Shown: piece after piece, positions 1 through 9,305 of the stretch
How the letters are laid out: each line of letters opens with the position of its first letter
Position numbering within the stretch: position 1 is the first letter of the stretch
NCBI GenBank assembly: GCA_039794045.1
Contig: JBAMLY010000005.1
Location: forward strand, 1 to 42,190
Origin: Candidatus Micrarchaeia archaeon
GTDB taxonomy: Archaea; Micrarchaeota; Micrarchaeia; Norongarragalinales; UBA8480
Length of the DNA: 42,190 nucleotides
Direction: 5' to 3'
Made by a program: the position numbers and the translations under genes
The notes under the pieces: model-generated
Database searches by the model: none
The model's input: only the letters and a program-made list of their open reading frames with translations
Told to the model about the DNA's origin: nothing

Positions 1-34
1 GGAAGCAATACTACTCCCCCGCCAACTCAAACAC

Positions 35-1924
35 TCACTTCAACCTAATTGAATCTAAGTTCATTGGCGCGCGCGTTTCAACGTGCAGCATTCTGTTGAG
101 CGTGCGCGCCAAGTCCTCGCACTTGTTTTCGTCGCCGTGACCCGTGAAGACCCTGCCTGGCTTGGGGCGCAGCGACCGAACGAAGGAAAGAAGTTGTTGG
201 CGGTCACTGTGGCCAGAGTACCCTTCCACGGTCGCGACCTGCATGTTTATCTTGAGTGAGTCAAGCTTGTTTGCCGCGTTAACGACTGGCACTTCCCTGT
301 GACCGCTTTGAATGCGGCGCCCCAGCGACGTCGCACTCTGGTAGCCCACGAAAATTAAAGTGTTCTTCTCGTCCTCGCAAAGCATTTTAAGGAATTCAAG
401 TGAAGTCCCGCCCGAAAGCATTCCAGAAGGCGCGAGAATCACTGCTGGCTCGTCGCTTTCCACTATGTCCTTGCGTTCTTTTGGAACGACGTGCTTGAAC
501 AACGGTTTGTCGAAAGGAGAATCGTTTTGCAGTATGCGGCGCTGAATATTGTGACGCAAGTATTCCGGGTAGACCGTGTGAATCGCTGAAGCTTCCTTGC
601 TCATTCCATCCAAGTAAACGAGAACGTCTCCCTCGCTGAAAAGCTCTTCCAATACAAGCATTATTTCTTGCGCGCGCCCCACCGCGAAAACTGGAATCAA
701 GACCTTGCCGCGGCGGTCAATCGTTTGCCTTATGAGGGCGCCCAGCCGAGCCGCGCTTTCCTCCGCGCGAGGCATGACGTCATCGACCGCGCCGTAAGTG
801 CTCTCCATTATCAGGGTTTCAACGCGCGGAAAGAACGTGTCGGCGGGGTCGAACAACTTGGTTTTGCCGTACTTTATGTCGCCGGTTACCACGATGTTGT
901 GGAGCCCTTCCCCGATGTGCAAGTGAATCATTGAAGAACCAAGAATGTGGCCGGCGTTGTGGAAAGTGAAGCGCACGTCGGGAGTCACGTCCGTTACTTC
1001 CCCGTACTCGCGGGTTATCACGTGGTTTAACTCTTTCCTGATGTCTTTCTCTGAAAAGGGACAAGCCTTGCCTTCGCTGTTCATGACGCGAACGCAGTCT
1101 TGCTGAAGCAAAACCATTAAGTCGCGCGTGGGCGGAGTACAGTAAACTGGTCCCTCGTAACCGTAAGCGTAGAGGTAGGGAATAAAGCCGCAGTGGTCCA
1201 AGTGAGCGTGAGTAAGGATAACTGCATCGATTTGAGAAAGCGAGAGCCCCATCGCGTTCAAGTACGGGTAAGCGCGCGCGGAATCCGTGGTGTCCGTGTT
1301 CATTCCACAGTCTATCAAGACGTTGCTTTTCGGAGTCTGTAAGAGCATGCAGCTCCTGCCTACTTCGCGGAACGCGCCCAACGCGGTTATCTTGACCCAG
1401 TCGCAGGCAATCGTGGGCTGCAGCATGTTCTTGCCCACGTGGTTCAAGAACTTCTTGCGTTCCTCGCTGTTCGCGACGAGCATGTTGCGCACGGCGCGCT
1501 CTACCTCGCTTGGACTCGTGGGAGCTCGAAGCACTTTGGGCGCCCACCCCGTCTCGAGGATAATGCTTTTCAGTATTTGTCCTCCCTTTCCTATGACGAG
1601 GCCCGGCTTCAGCGCTTCAATGTTTACTTCGTGGAATACTGAGTCAAAGCGCACGTCCGTCACGCCAGCTTCCTCGGGAACTAGTTTCTTGACCGTCTTC
1701 AAAGCTTCCGCTGGGGGAACGAGCATGCTCGCGTCGCTCCTTAAAACAATTTTTTTTCTTACCTTGGAAGCAATTTTTGTTATGAGGTTGCGGTCTTCGT
1801 AGAAAGCGTTCAAGTTCTTCAAGTAAAGCACTACTTGCGGGCCTTCAACTTCAACTTTGGTTAGCTGACAGTTTGACGGCAGAATGCTTTCTACTGCTTC
1901 CTGCATTTCCTTCAAAGAATTCAT
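35..1924 (-). CDS. fttA: beta-CASP ribonuclease aCPSF1 / transcription termination factor FttA
   Basis: N-terminal KH domains (PGLVIGKGG), MBL motif THAHLDH, AGHILGS, ESTYG, beta-CASP FAVGRAQE, YSGHSD; 629 aa; next to psmB as is usual in archaea. Confidence 0.96.
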   Translation of the reverse strand: MNSLKEMQEAVESILPSNCQLTKVEVEGPQVVLYLKNLNAFYEDRNLITKIASKVRKKIVLRSDASMLVPPAEALKTVKKLVPEEAGVTDVRFDSVFHEVNIEALKPGLVIGKGGQILKSIILETGWAPKVLRAPTSPSEVERAVRNMLVANSEERKKFLNHVGKNMLQPTIACDWVKITALGAFREVGRSCMLLQTPKSNVLIDCGMNTDTTDSARAYPYLNAMGLSLSQIDAVILTHAHLDHCGFIPYLYAYGYEGPVYCTPPTRDLMVLLQQDCVRVMNSEGKACPFSEKDIRKELNHVITREYGEVTDVTPDVRFTFHNAGHILGSSMIHLHIGEGLHNIVVTGDIKYGKTKLFDPADTFFPRVETLIMESTYGAVDDVMPRAEESAARLGALIRQTIDRRGKVLIPVFAVGRAQEIMLVLEELFSEGDVLVYLDGMSKEASAIHTVYPEYLRHNIQRRILQNDSPFDKPLFKHVVPKERKDIVESDEPAVILAPSGMLSGGTSLEFLKMLCEDEKNTLIFVGYQSATSLGRRIQSGHREVPVVNAANKLDSLKINMQVATVEGYSGHSDRQQLLSFVRSLRPKPGRVFTGHGDENKCEDLARTLNRMLHVETRAPMNLDSIRLK

Positions 1925-1991
1925 TCGTCTTGCACTACTGAATTGCTTGCAGTTGTTCAGCCGAACACGCAGCCAAAAAATGAAACAAAAC

Positions 1992-2612
1992 TTACTTCAA
2001 GAGAGCCGCTACTTCTTGGGGCGAAAGGCGCTTCATTTCCTTCTCGGTAATGTAAACCACGTCAATGCCTTCGCCGGTGAACACGTCGCGCTTGATTGCG
2101 GCGTTGACGGCGCGCGCCGCCAGCTTTACTGCTTCGTCGCGCGTCATTCCCTCTTTGTAGTACTCGTCTAGCACGCCGTAAGCCGTGACGCTTCCAGAGC
2201 CAGTTGAAACGTACTTGTGCTCCAGCAAGCCACCAAATGGGTCGAAGTCAAAGAGTTTTGGCGAGTCGTCGAAGCCCGCCAAAATCAAGCCAACGTAGTA
2301 TGGGAAGTACTTGCTTCCCTGGAGAATGTTAGCGAGCAGCGTTGCCGCGCCTTGAACTGACGCGGGAGCGCCGCGCGAGTACTTGTACAACTCTAGTTCA
2401 GCTTTAAGCACGCGTGAAAGCGATTGCGCGTCTCCGACGCCGCCGGCGATCGTGACCGCCATGCGGTCGCTTACTGGAATTATTTTGTTTACTGTCTTAG
2501 ACTGAACGAGGTTGCCCATCGTCGCGCGCTTGTCTGCCGCGACGACTACGCCGTCTTTGAACACGATTCCCACGGTAGTGGTTCCCTTGGCAAACTTTGG
2601 TTCTCCGTCCAT
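1992..2612 (-). CDS. psmB: 20S proteasome beta subunit
   Basis: 10-aa propeptide ending in G followed by catalytic TTTVG; AADKRAT, GSGS, RD..TG motifs; GGTGA Shine-Dalgarno upstream. Confidence 0.97.
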   Translation of the reverse strand: MDGEPKFAKGTTTVGIVFKDGVVVAADKRATMGNLVQSKTVNKIIPVSDRMAVTIAGGVGDAQSLSRVLKAELELYKYSRGAPASVQGAATLLANILQGSKYFPYYVGLILAGFDDSPKLFDFDPFGGLLEHKYVSTGSGSVTAYGVLDEYYKEGMTRDEAVKLAARAVNAAIKRDVFTGEGIDVVYITEKEMKRLSPQEVAALLK

Positions 2613-2736
2613 AAAACTATCACCGCCGCAGCATCAACTAAACAAATCAAGGCTAAAAGAGAGGGAAAAAAACGCGCCCCCTTATTGGGATGAATTATTT
2701 TGTGCCTCAACTCTTTTTAATGTTTTGCGGGTGGCT

Positions 2737-3420
2737 TTAAACCCGTTTTTCAGGCAACGCGTAAGCCTCGTTGAAGACTACTTGGTTGACGCCGTCCACG
2801 AACCGCAAAGCGTAGTCAATGAAGCGCAGCTTGCCAGCCAAAAACTCTGAGTCTTTCTTGAGGTCAACGCCTACTTTTACTGTGGCCACGCCGTCTTTCA
2901 CTGAAGCGTCTTTCACGCCCATTGTTTCCTTGGCAAGGGCAACGATTTTTTCTTGGGGCGTCTTAAAGCACTTGACTACCTTCAGCGAGTAAGACAGGTC
3001 TTGGCCTGCGAGTTCGTGGTTGAAGTCCACGCGCACCCTGCCGCCGGTCACGCTCTGCACTCTCGCTCGCGCGCCATCCAACTCGAAAGGCATTCCCGGC
3101 GCCGGCTCTATTCCTTGCTCGCGGAACCGCGCTAATGGAATCAAGCGCACGAGGTCTGCTTTTCTCTCGCCGAACGCTTTTTCTTTCGGGACTACTACTT
3201 GTTTTTCTTCTCCTTCTCGCGCGCCTTCAAGCGCTTCATCGAGTCCTTTCAACAACAAGTTCTTGCCTGCCACGACGAGGACTGGACCGTATTTTGCGCG
3301 CGAGTTGAAAATGCCTGCCTTGCGGGCTTCGTCGGCGCTCGTGGTGTCGAAGACGTGGCCTGCCGCGTCTCGCCCCGTAAACTCTATTTCAACGAAATCG
3401 CCTGGACTGACTACAACCAT
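2737..3420 (-). CDS. Long FKBP-type peptidyl-prolyl isomerase (SlyD-like)
   Basis: GDFVEIEFTG, VFDTT, GLDEAL, AFGER, VDFNHELAG plus the archaeal C-terminal extension; ATG at 3420 follows a GGTG SD (the track uses GTG at 3432). Confidence 0.93.
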   Translation of the reverse strand: MVVVSPGDFVEIEFTGRDAAGHVFDTTSADEARKAGIFNSRAKYGPVLVVAGKNLLLKGLDEALEGAREGEEKQVVVPKEKAFGERKADLVRLIPLARFREQGIEPAPGMPFELDGARARVQSVTGGRVRVDFNHELAGQDLSYSLKVVKCFKTPQEKIVALAKETMGVKDASVKDGVATVKVGVDLKKDSEFLAGKLRFIDYALRFVDGVNQVVFNEAYALPEKRV

Positions 3421-3444
3421 TCCTTTTTTCACCTGTTACCGCGT

Positions 3445-4815
3445 CTAGCCTTCTGCGTAGAAGGCCAGCACGCGTTTTCCTTGAACTAGTGCTTGCACGT
3501 AGACGACGAGCGTTGAATTTATTTTTTCGCTTGGGTAGAGGTATGCTTCGAAGGTCGGCGTTATTTGGAAGCCGAGTTCTTTTGATGCAATGGACTCGTT
3601 CGTTGGAGTCATTAAACCAGTTCGCCTGAAGTTAGCGCCTGGGAACAAGTCATCTATTTCCTTGCTTGCCTCGTTAAAGCTAGAGTTGCCGGCGTTCCAC
3701 TGGAAGTTGATGTAGAGCTTAGAGGGATTAAAGTAGATTGAGTAGTTTGATGCGTTGAAAGAGTCTAGGACGCGCGTTATTTCGTCGCGTGCTTTTTCTT
3801 CGCTTGCAAAGTCTTGTTTTACCGTGATTATAGTGCTTTCTTCTTTGGCTTCTGCGTTTTCTACGAACGACAAGTTTTTTAGTGCTTGAGTTAACGCCTT
3901 GCTGGCGTTGAAGCCGCTTACTATTACTTCGTTTACTTGGCGGAATGACTGAGTTGCGTTGGTTGAGTAGTTGAGGCTCTCGATTAGTTTTTTGGCTGCG
4001 TTTTCGTTGAAGGAAGTCCTGTTCGCCCAAGGAACTTCTATTGTAGCACGTCCTTTGTCCAGCCAGCGTGACAGCGTGGCCGTGATTAGGCCGCTCTTTG
4101 TTTCTACTGGCTTGGCGTCTTCAAGCGAGCCCACTTGGAACGCAATGAATTGAGTTACTTGTCCTTGCACTATGCGTGCTTCTACGCGTACAGGTATTTC
4201 ATCGCCTTCCACGGCCTCTTTTTCTGTCACGAACGCTTTCGCTCCCGCGCGCAAGGCGTACGCTGAAAGCGTCGCAGTCTCTGAAGCGTTTTTCGAGTCG
4301 GCGAGAGTGATTTGGTTTGTGAAGGAAACGATTGCTTGCCGCATTGTAGTGGCTAAGCCGTTGCAGTGGGGCGCGAGTTGCCGCTCTAACTCGTCGAGTG
4401 CTTGGGGCGTGGCTTGCGAGGCGTTCGAGAGCTTCACGTAGTACAGCGTGCCTCCCGCGGTTTCGGAGAGGGCTAGGGCGGGCGGCTGGTTGAACGCGTT
4501 GCCGAAGGCGAGGGCTGCAGCGTCGGCGTCGGCTTGGCTTGAAGCATTGCACAACACGAACAAGTCGGGAGTGAAAGAGATTATCTTGGCTGTGGACTGT
4601 CCTGCTCCAGTGAAGGTCTTGGCTGGAGCGGGCGAGGGACTTGGGGTTTGGGGGGGCGTTGTTGGCTGGTACATTAGCACGACGAAGGTTTCGGCGACGA
4701 ACAACAGTATTACTGCTATGACTCCGGCGCGCAATAGCGTGGCGCGGTCGAGTTTGAAGCGTTTTTCTTTGCGTGGCGCTTCGTGGGAGTGTTCTCCTTG
4801 TTTTTCTGGCGTCAT
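3445..4815 (-). CDS. Hypothetical N-terminally anchored extracellular protein
   Basis: Basic N-terminus, one hydrophobic helix (AGVIAVILLFVAETFVVLMY), Pro/Thr/Ser linker, many N-x-S/T sequons. Confidence 0.75.
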   Translation of the reverse strand: MTPEKQGEHSHEAPRKEKRFKLDRATLLRAGVIAVILLFVAETFVVLMYQPTTPPQTPSPSPAPAKTFTGAGQSTAKIISFTPDLFVLCNASSQADADAAALAFGNAFNQPPALALSETAGGTLYYVKLSNASQATPQALDELERQLAPHCNGLATTMRQAIVSFTNQITLADSKNASETATLSAYALRAGAKAFVTEKEAVEGDEIPVRVEARIVQGQVTQFIAFQVGSLEDAKPVETKSGLITATLSRWLDKGRATIEVPWANRTSFNENAAKKLIESLNYSTNATQSFRQVNEVIVSGFNASKALTQALKNLSFVENAEAKEESTIITVKQDFASEEKARDEITRVLDSFNASNYSIYFNPSKLYINFQWNAGNSSFNEASKEIDDLFPGANFRRTGLMTPTNESIASKELGFQITPTFEAYLYPSEKINSTLVVYVQALVQGKRVLAFYAEG

Positions 4816-4930
4816 GAAAAAAACCTTTTTTTTGCTTTAATCGGGAGTGCTTTAAAGCCGAGAAAAAGCAAATTATTGTGGTGTTCAAGAGTTTTAAACT
4901 TTTTTAATTTGGTTTTTTGAGTGCCATGCT

Positions 4931-6397
4931 TTAAAGGGAAGAGAATTGGGGGGAAGACGGCGACTGCGTGACGCTTATTTTTGGTGGCCTGCGCCTGAAC
5001 TTCAGCAAGTACACTAGAAAGCCTGCGAGGATTAGTACGACGATTGCTATGACGGCGATAGTGACTAAGTCGATTGTGTTTTCTGGGGGTTGAAGTTCTG
5101 AAACTGCTTGAGTGAGGTTTAATGCCGCCGTAGTTATTTGCTTGAAGTCTTGCGGGGAAGCTGAAGAGGCAAGGCGGAGTTCTTCTTCTTTGGCGCTGAA
5201 CTGCGCTGACAAGTTCAAAGCCTGTTTCTTCAAGTCGTTCAAGCGCTCGTCGTTCTTGCCGAAACGCTTTTCCGCTTTCTCTATTGCAGCGTTCAGTTGT
5301 TCTAGACTCGTTTTTGAGGCGTTGTAGTCCGCGTAAGCTAGCGCGAAGGCTTCAACGGTCTTGCGTGCGTTTTGGAGGGCGGACTCGAAGTCTGCCGCGT
5401 AAGCGTTGAAGTTGGAGGGCGTAGTGGAATTGAGTTTAGTGTAAGCAGCCGACAAGTCGTTGACGCGCTGGTCTATAATGGATTGCGCGAGGGGATACTT
5501 TTCTCGCGCTTCAGCTATTTTGGGTAGTAACGCGTTGTACTCGTTCGAGAAAGCTGCGAGCTTCTTGTTTTGTTCTCCTTTGATCTTGCGTTGCGCGGTC
5601 TTGTTCTTGAGTTGCGCGCTTATGGCTGCGGCGTCGGGCACTTGGCTGCGCACCGACAAATCGTTTTCAAGCGCCGAAAAAGACGAGGCAGCGAGCGTGC
5701 AAGTGAAGCGGTAAATGTTTTTTTCTTGTATTGCGAAGTCGTCTGGGTACTGCGTCCTAAGGTAAGCGTAGCCTTCAGCGTAGGGCGTGACTAAGAGTTT
5801 TACTGACTGGACTTGGTTGAAAGCGTTTTCAAGCGCTTGCTTTAACTCTTGGGGGGAAGAGAAAGAAGCGTTCAACGAGTCAACGGCGTTCTTCAAGGCA
5901 GGCATTGCCTGCTTTAATTGCTTGGTGCCGTTGTTTAGTTTGTCGAAGGCTGGCTTGAGTTGGGGGTCGTTGCCTGACTCGGCTGCAATGTGGTAGGTTT
6001 GAAACCAGTCTTCGCGCACTGGCCGCGAGGCTTCCTCGCACAACTGCCACGCTGAAAAGACGGTGTTGAAGTCTGTTGGAATGCTTTTGAAGGCAGTGCT
6101 TTCCCTCAACTGAGTCGCGAGCTGCAACGCGTAGGAAGCAGCGATGGCGTCCAAGGAAGCGTTGTCTGTTACTAGCTCGTTGTTGGGGTTGAAAGCCATT
6201 GTTTCGACTCCGCCGACTTTCACTAAAGAAAAGTTTTGGTTGGCCACCAAAACTGTTTCAACTGAGTAGGACTCGCTTTTGTCTACGTGGAAACCTATTT
6301 CTTCTGAGAGGGACGCCGCGCAAGCGAGCGCAGGCAGCAAGGAAAACGCGAGCAAAACCGCTGCGAAAGACGCGGATAGCAAGTGCTTGAATTGCAT
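4931..6397 (-). CDS. Hypothetical secreted helical/coiled-coil protein with C-terminal membrane anchor
   Basis: Signal peptide, long Ala/Leu/Gln/Lys-rich helical body, C-terminal TM (LVTIAVIAIVVLILAGFLVYLL) followed by KFRRR; TATA-like TTTAAA about 25 nt upstream (probably leaderless). Confidence 0.8.
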   Translation of the reverse strand: MQFKHLLSASFAAVLLAFSLLPALACAASLSEEIGFHVDKSESYSVETVLVANQNFSLVKVGGVETMAFNPNNELVTDNASLDAIAASYALQLATQLRESTAFKSIPTDFNTVFSAWQLCEEASRPVREDWFQTYHIAAESGNDPQLKPAFDKLNNGTKQLKQAMPALKNAVDSLNASFSSPQELKQALENAFNQVQSVKLLVTPYAEGYAYLRTQYPDDFAIQEKNIYRFTCTLAASSFSALENDLSVRSQVPDAAAISAQLKNKTAQRKIKGEQNKKLAAFSNEYNALLPKIAEAREKYPLAQSIIDQRVNDLSAAYTKLNSTTPSNFNAYAADFESALQNARKTVEAFALAYADYNASKTSLEQLNAAIEKAEKRFGKNDERLNDLKKQALNLSAQFSAKEEELRLASSASPQDFKQITTAALNLTQAVSELQPPENTIDLVTIAVIAIVVLILAGFLVYLLKFRRRPPKISVTQSPSSPQFSSL

Positions 6398-6437
6398 GCG
6401 AGAATTAAGTTGAAAGCATTTAAAAACACGATTGTTT

Positions 6438-6550
6438 GAAGGGAGAGAAAAAGAAAGGGGAAAACGAGGGGAGAGGAAAGCAAAAGAAAAAAAGAGAAAA
6501 GAAAAAAAGAAAGGGTGGCCCCCCTCTTATCCCGCAGGGAGAAGAGGGGC
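6438..6550 (-). terminator. Terminator of the S-layer gene: GC hairpin followed by a very long U/pyrimidine tract
   Basis: Inverted repeat CCCCTCTT-A-TCCC/GCA/GGGA-G-AAGAGGGG (about 6520-6549) starts about 11 nt after the stop; then about 78 nt that are almost purely purine on + (U/C-only in the mRNA). Confidence 0.8.
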
Positions 6551-6560
6551 TTTAACGCGT

Positions 6561-8999
6561 TCAGCCCTTCGTCAGCTCACTGCGCTTGCTGGCGAGGTAG
6601 CTTATCAACGCGTTTGCCGCGTCCTTCGTGTCAGCTGCAGTGTAGCCGGCTACGAGGATTTTGTCTCCGTAAGCCTTTACTACTGCTTGGCCTGGTTGAG
6701 TCAACGCGTCGCCGCCAATGCTGGCTGCCACGGTGTTGACCATGGGGCCTCCGACGACGATGAGCTTGGCGAACGCGCCTGCCTCGCTGTCGAGGTACAC
6801 TAGTGGATTGGCTGCCGTGTTCAACGCAGTCACGCTGTCAGCACTGGAAATGCTGGGCGAGAGCTGGTCTACTCCGCTGACTTGGCCTGCTGACCCGGCT
6901 CCACCGGTCGCGGTTGCGGTTACGTCTAGTACTTTGACTTTGTAGCCGTTGCCAATGTCGTAAGAGTCTCCTTTGGCGACAGTTACTTGTGCGGTGTTGC
7001 CTGTTGCGCTCGAACTGCCTCCACTCAAGATGAAGTCAGCGTATGCAACGGTTTTCGCGTAGTTTATCGAGGCGCTAGTCGAGGAGAGGCTGGAGTAAAC
7101 GCTTCCGCGGGGCGTGATGTAGCCGAGGTCGTATTGATTGAATCCACTGCTTTGGTTGTAGTGCGCGTATGCAGTGTTTCCGCTGGGCACAAAAGTAATA
7201 CTGGAAGAGTTTGCGTAATAGAGGGGAATCTTGAAGTAGCCTTTTGCTCCAGAGTCTGTTGCAGTTATTGGCTCTTCAATGGTAATCGTGCCATTCCAGG
7301 TTGCACCAATGCTGGAACTATTAGTGATGTTTATTGGAACTGCTGGGCTGCCCGAGTAAGTAAAGTTTATTACCGAGCCAGTACTGTTGAGTGGGCCGAG
7401 TGTCACGTTGCCGAAGTAGCCGTCTGACTTGAGGTAAAAGAGCTTCAGACCATTATTGGCTTCAGGAGCAGTTGAGAGGTAGACTGTGTTCACGTTGGTT
7501 CCGCTTACTGTGAAGGCGTCGTTTCTTGCTGCACTGATTTGAATGCCGTTTGTGATCGTGGTGTTGTCTGCTGAGTTTGAAGGCACGCTTATTGGGCTAG
7601 TGAAGATTGAGAAGGTTAGTGGCTCGTAGTCTACTTGAGTCAAGCCGTTGTAGGTGAACTTGAATGCTTGTGGTTTTTCAATGACGCTCATGTAGTCGCC
7701 TGCGTTCTTGAGGTAGTCCGTGCTTACCGAGCGAGTCAACCTTATTTGTGAGAGGGCGTCGTTGTAGTTGGATGCCATGCCAGAGTTTGCAAACTGGATA
7801 TTCATTTGCCAGTACTTGTTTTCTTGCGTGTCAATGTTGCCACTGGTTTTGAGTTCGAGTTTTTGCGAGAAGAGGGTTACGTCGGCGTTCGCGACTCCTC
7901 CAGTGCCTGAGAAGAGCTTGTTGACTTTTATTACGATGTTTGGTCCTGCGACTGTGTCGGTGCCGCCTTCCACGATGCGGTAGGTTCCGACGAGGTTGCC
8001 TGAGCCGTCAAAAGCCTGGAATTGCGCGTCACGAACTTGGGCGGTCGTGGTCGAGAATGGCGACACTGAAACGAGTTTGACTGAATAATTGCTTGTTGGG
8101 TCGGTTACCACGTCCCCGACTTGCATTAATCCGTTGGTAGTGATTTCCTTGCCGAGAGTAACGATTTCGTTACCACTGTTAATGTTAGACATGTCTACGA
8201 TGGTCCAGTTCGGGTCACCCAAAAAGTTTATTTTCACGTGGTGGTTCTTGGTCAAGTCACTGTCTTCACAGTAGGGAGTGCCGGTAGTGTTCTTCAAGTT
8301 AGTGCAGTACGGGATTGGGTCCACGAATTGAATGTGGTAAGCTATTTGTGGTGGAGTGGCTTCCACTTTCTTGTCCGCGTTAACCCAAGTTGCTTGAGTG
8401 TAGAAGTAAAGGCGTTCCTCTTCCTTGTACTTCTTGCTGGCAGTGTTGTCGTTCACGTAGCCAGAGAAAAGAAGCGGGGTTTCAGAGTTGGTTACCCTCT
8501 TTGCACAGTAGTTAACGCCTCCAGTCTTTCCTCCCAGCGCATCCGTTGGGAAAGTAGGCGCATTGCATGGGGTTCTAGCGCTTGAGTCGTCCTGCAAAGA
8601 GTTGTACTTCAAGTACGACTCAATGTAGGTCTTCATCTCGTAAGCCACTGCTGGGTTGACTCCAGGCGTAGTAATTTCGAGAGAGGCTTTTTTTCCATCT
8701 TCGCTGACCGCACAGCTTCCGGTCGTGCCTCCTGCGCAAGAAAGCTTGTCTTTTCCAAGGACGTCAATGGTCTTGGAAGTGTAGGCAAGGTTGCCTATCA
8801 TTGCCGCGATGTTCGCAGCAGCGACGCCGTCGGACGCAGCTGCCTTCGAGCCCACGACAATTTTTACCTGCGGTTCTCCGTTGCTGAAGAACGCGTAGTT
8901 GCCGAGTCCCTCGGGAGTGACTGCTCCCGCGAACGCGGCTCCAATCATTGCCGCGCCTGCAGCGACTGCAGCAATGCGTTTCACGCTTATAGACTTCAT
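6561..8999 (-). CDS. S-layer protein (S_layer_N/S_layer_C, Methanococcales/Thermococcales type)
   Basis: Signal MKSISVKRIAAVAAGAAMIGAAFAGA; IVVGSKAAASDGVAAANIAA at the N-terminus; LIVVGGPMVN and ILVAGYTAADT at the C-terminus; GAGGTG SD before ATG 8999; many N-glycosylation sequons. Confidence 0.93.
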   Translation of the reverse strand: MKSISVKRIAAVAAGAAMIGAAFAGAVTPEGLGNYAFFSNGEPQVKIVVGSKAAASDGVAAANIAAMIGNLAYTSKTIDVLGKDKLSCAGGTTGSCAVSEDGKKASLEITTPGVNPAVAYEMKTYIESYLKYNSLQDDSSARTPCNAPTFPTDALGGKTGGVNYCAKRVTNSETPLLFSGYVNDNTASKKYKEEERLYFYTQATWVNADKKVEATPPQIAYHIQFVDPIPYCTNLKNTTGTPYCEDSDLTKNHHVKINFLGDPNWTIVDMSNINSGNEIVTLGKEITTNGLMQVGDVVTDPTSNYSVKLVSVSPFSTTTAQVRDAQFQAFDGSGNLVGTYRIVEGGTDTVAGPNIVIKVNKLFSGTGGVANADVTLFSQKLELKTSGNIDTQENKYWQMNIQFANSGMASNYNDALSQIRLTRSVSTDYLKNAGDYMSVIEKPQAFKFTYNGLTQVDYEPLTFSIFTSPISVPSNSADNTTITNGIQISAARNDAFTVSGTNVNTVYLSTAPEANNGLKLFYLKSDGYFGNVTLGPLNSTGSVINFTYSGSPAVPINITNSSSIGATWNGTITIEEPITATDSGAKGYFKIPLYYANSSSITFVPSGNTAYAHYNQSSGFNQYDLGYITPRGSVYSSLSSTSASINYAKTVAYADFILSGGSSSATGNTAQVTVAKGDSYDIGNGYKVKVLDVTATATGGAGSAGQVSGVDQLSPSISSADSVTALNTAANPLVYLDSEAGAFAKLIVVGGPMVNTVAASIGGDALTQPGQAVVKAYGDKILVAGYTAADTKDAANALISYLASKRSELTKG

Positions 9000-9160
9000 T
9001 CGATACACCTCGCGAATCCCTTGCGGGACGTCGCTTTTTTCTTTTTGGGAAGCGATTCCGCCTCCCACCGTCTCCATAAAGAACATACTTGCAACATGCA
9101 AGTATACACTCTGCCCTAAGACAGTGTGCGTATTAACCAACAAACAGTCGTTTAAAAACC
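9000..9160 (-). promoter_or_regulatory. S-layer promoter (TATA about 9151-9157) and roughly 125-nt structured 5' UTR
   Basis: TTTTTAAA box on -; hairpins at 9085-9105 (perfect 9 bp), 9106-9127 and 9012-9034 (GCAA tetraloop); SD at 9006-9011. Confidence 0.6.
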
Positions 9161-9305
9161 TTTCTTTTTTTCGTCTTGAGACGAAACAAACACCGACAGA
9201 AAGCTTTGTTTTAAAGTCATTTGACGAATTTCGTCGTTTAACGATTATTTGAATGGATAGGTATTTATTTGTTGGGTTTTTTGCAGTGTTTTGGGATGGA
9301 GTTGT

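Noticed and set aside
3694..3706. ORB-like palindrome GTTCCACTGGAAG
   Set aside because: Single copy inside a coding region (encodes FQWN), with no G-string, AT-rich unwinding element or cdc6 nearby
9000..9143. 48-aa N-terminal extension of the S-layer ORF in the track (similar extensions for oapA, aIF2alpha, priL, rpoL, endoQ, SPFH)
   Set aside because: Signal peptide, SD position and overlaps with neighbouring genes point to the downstream starts
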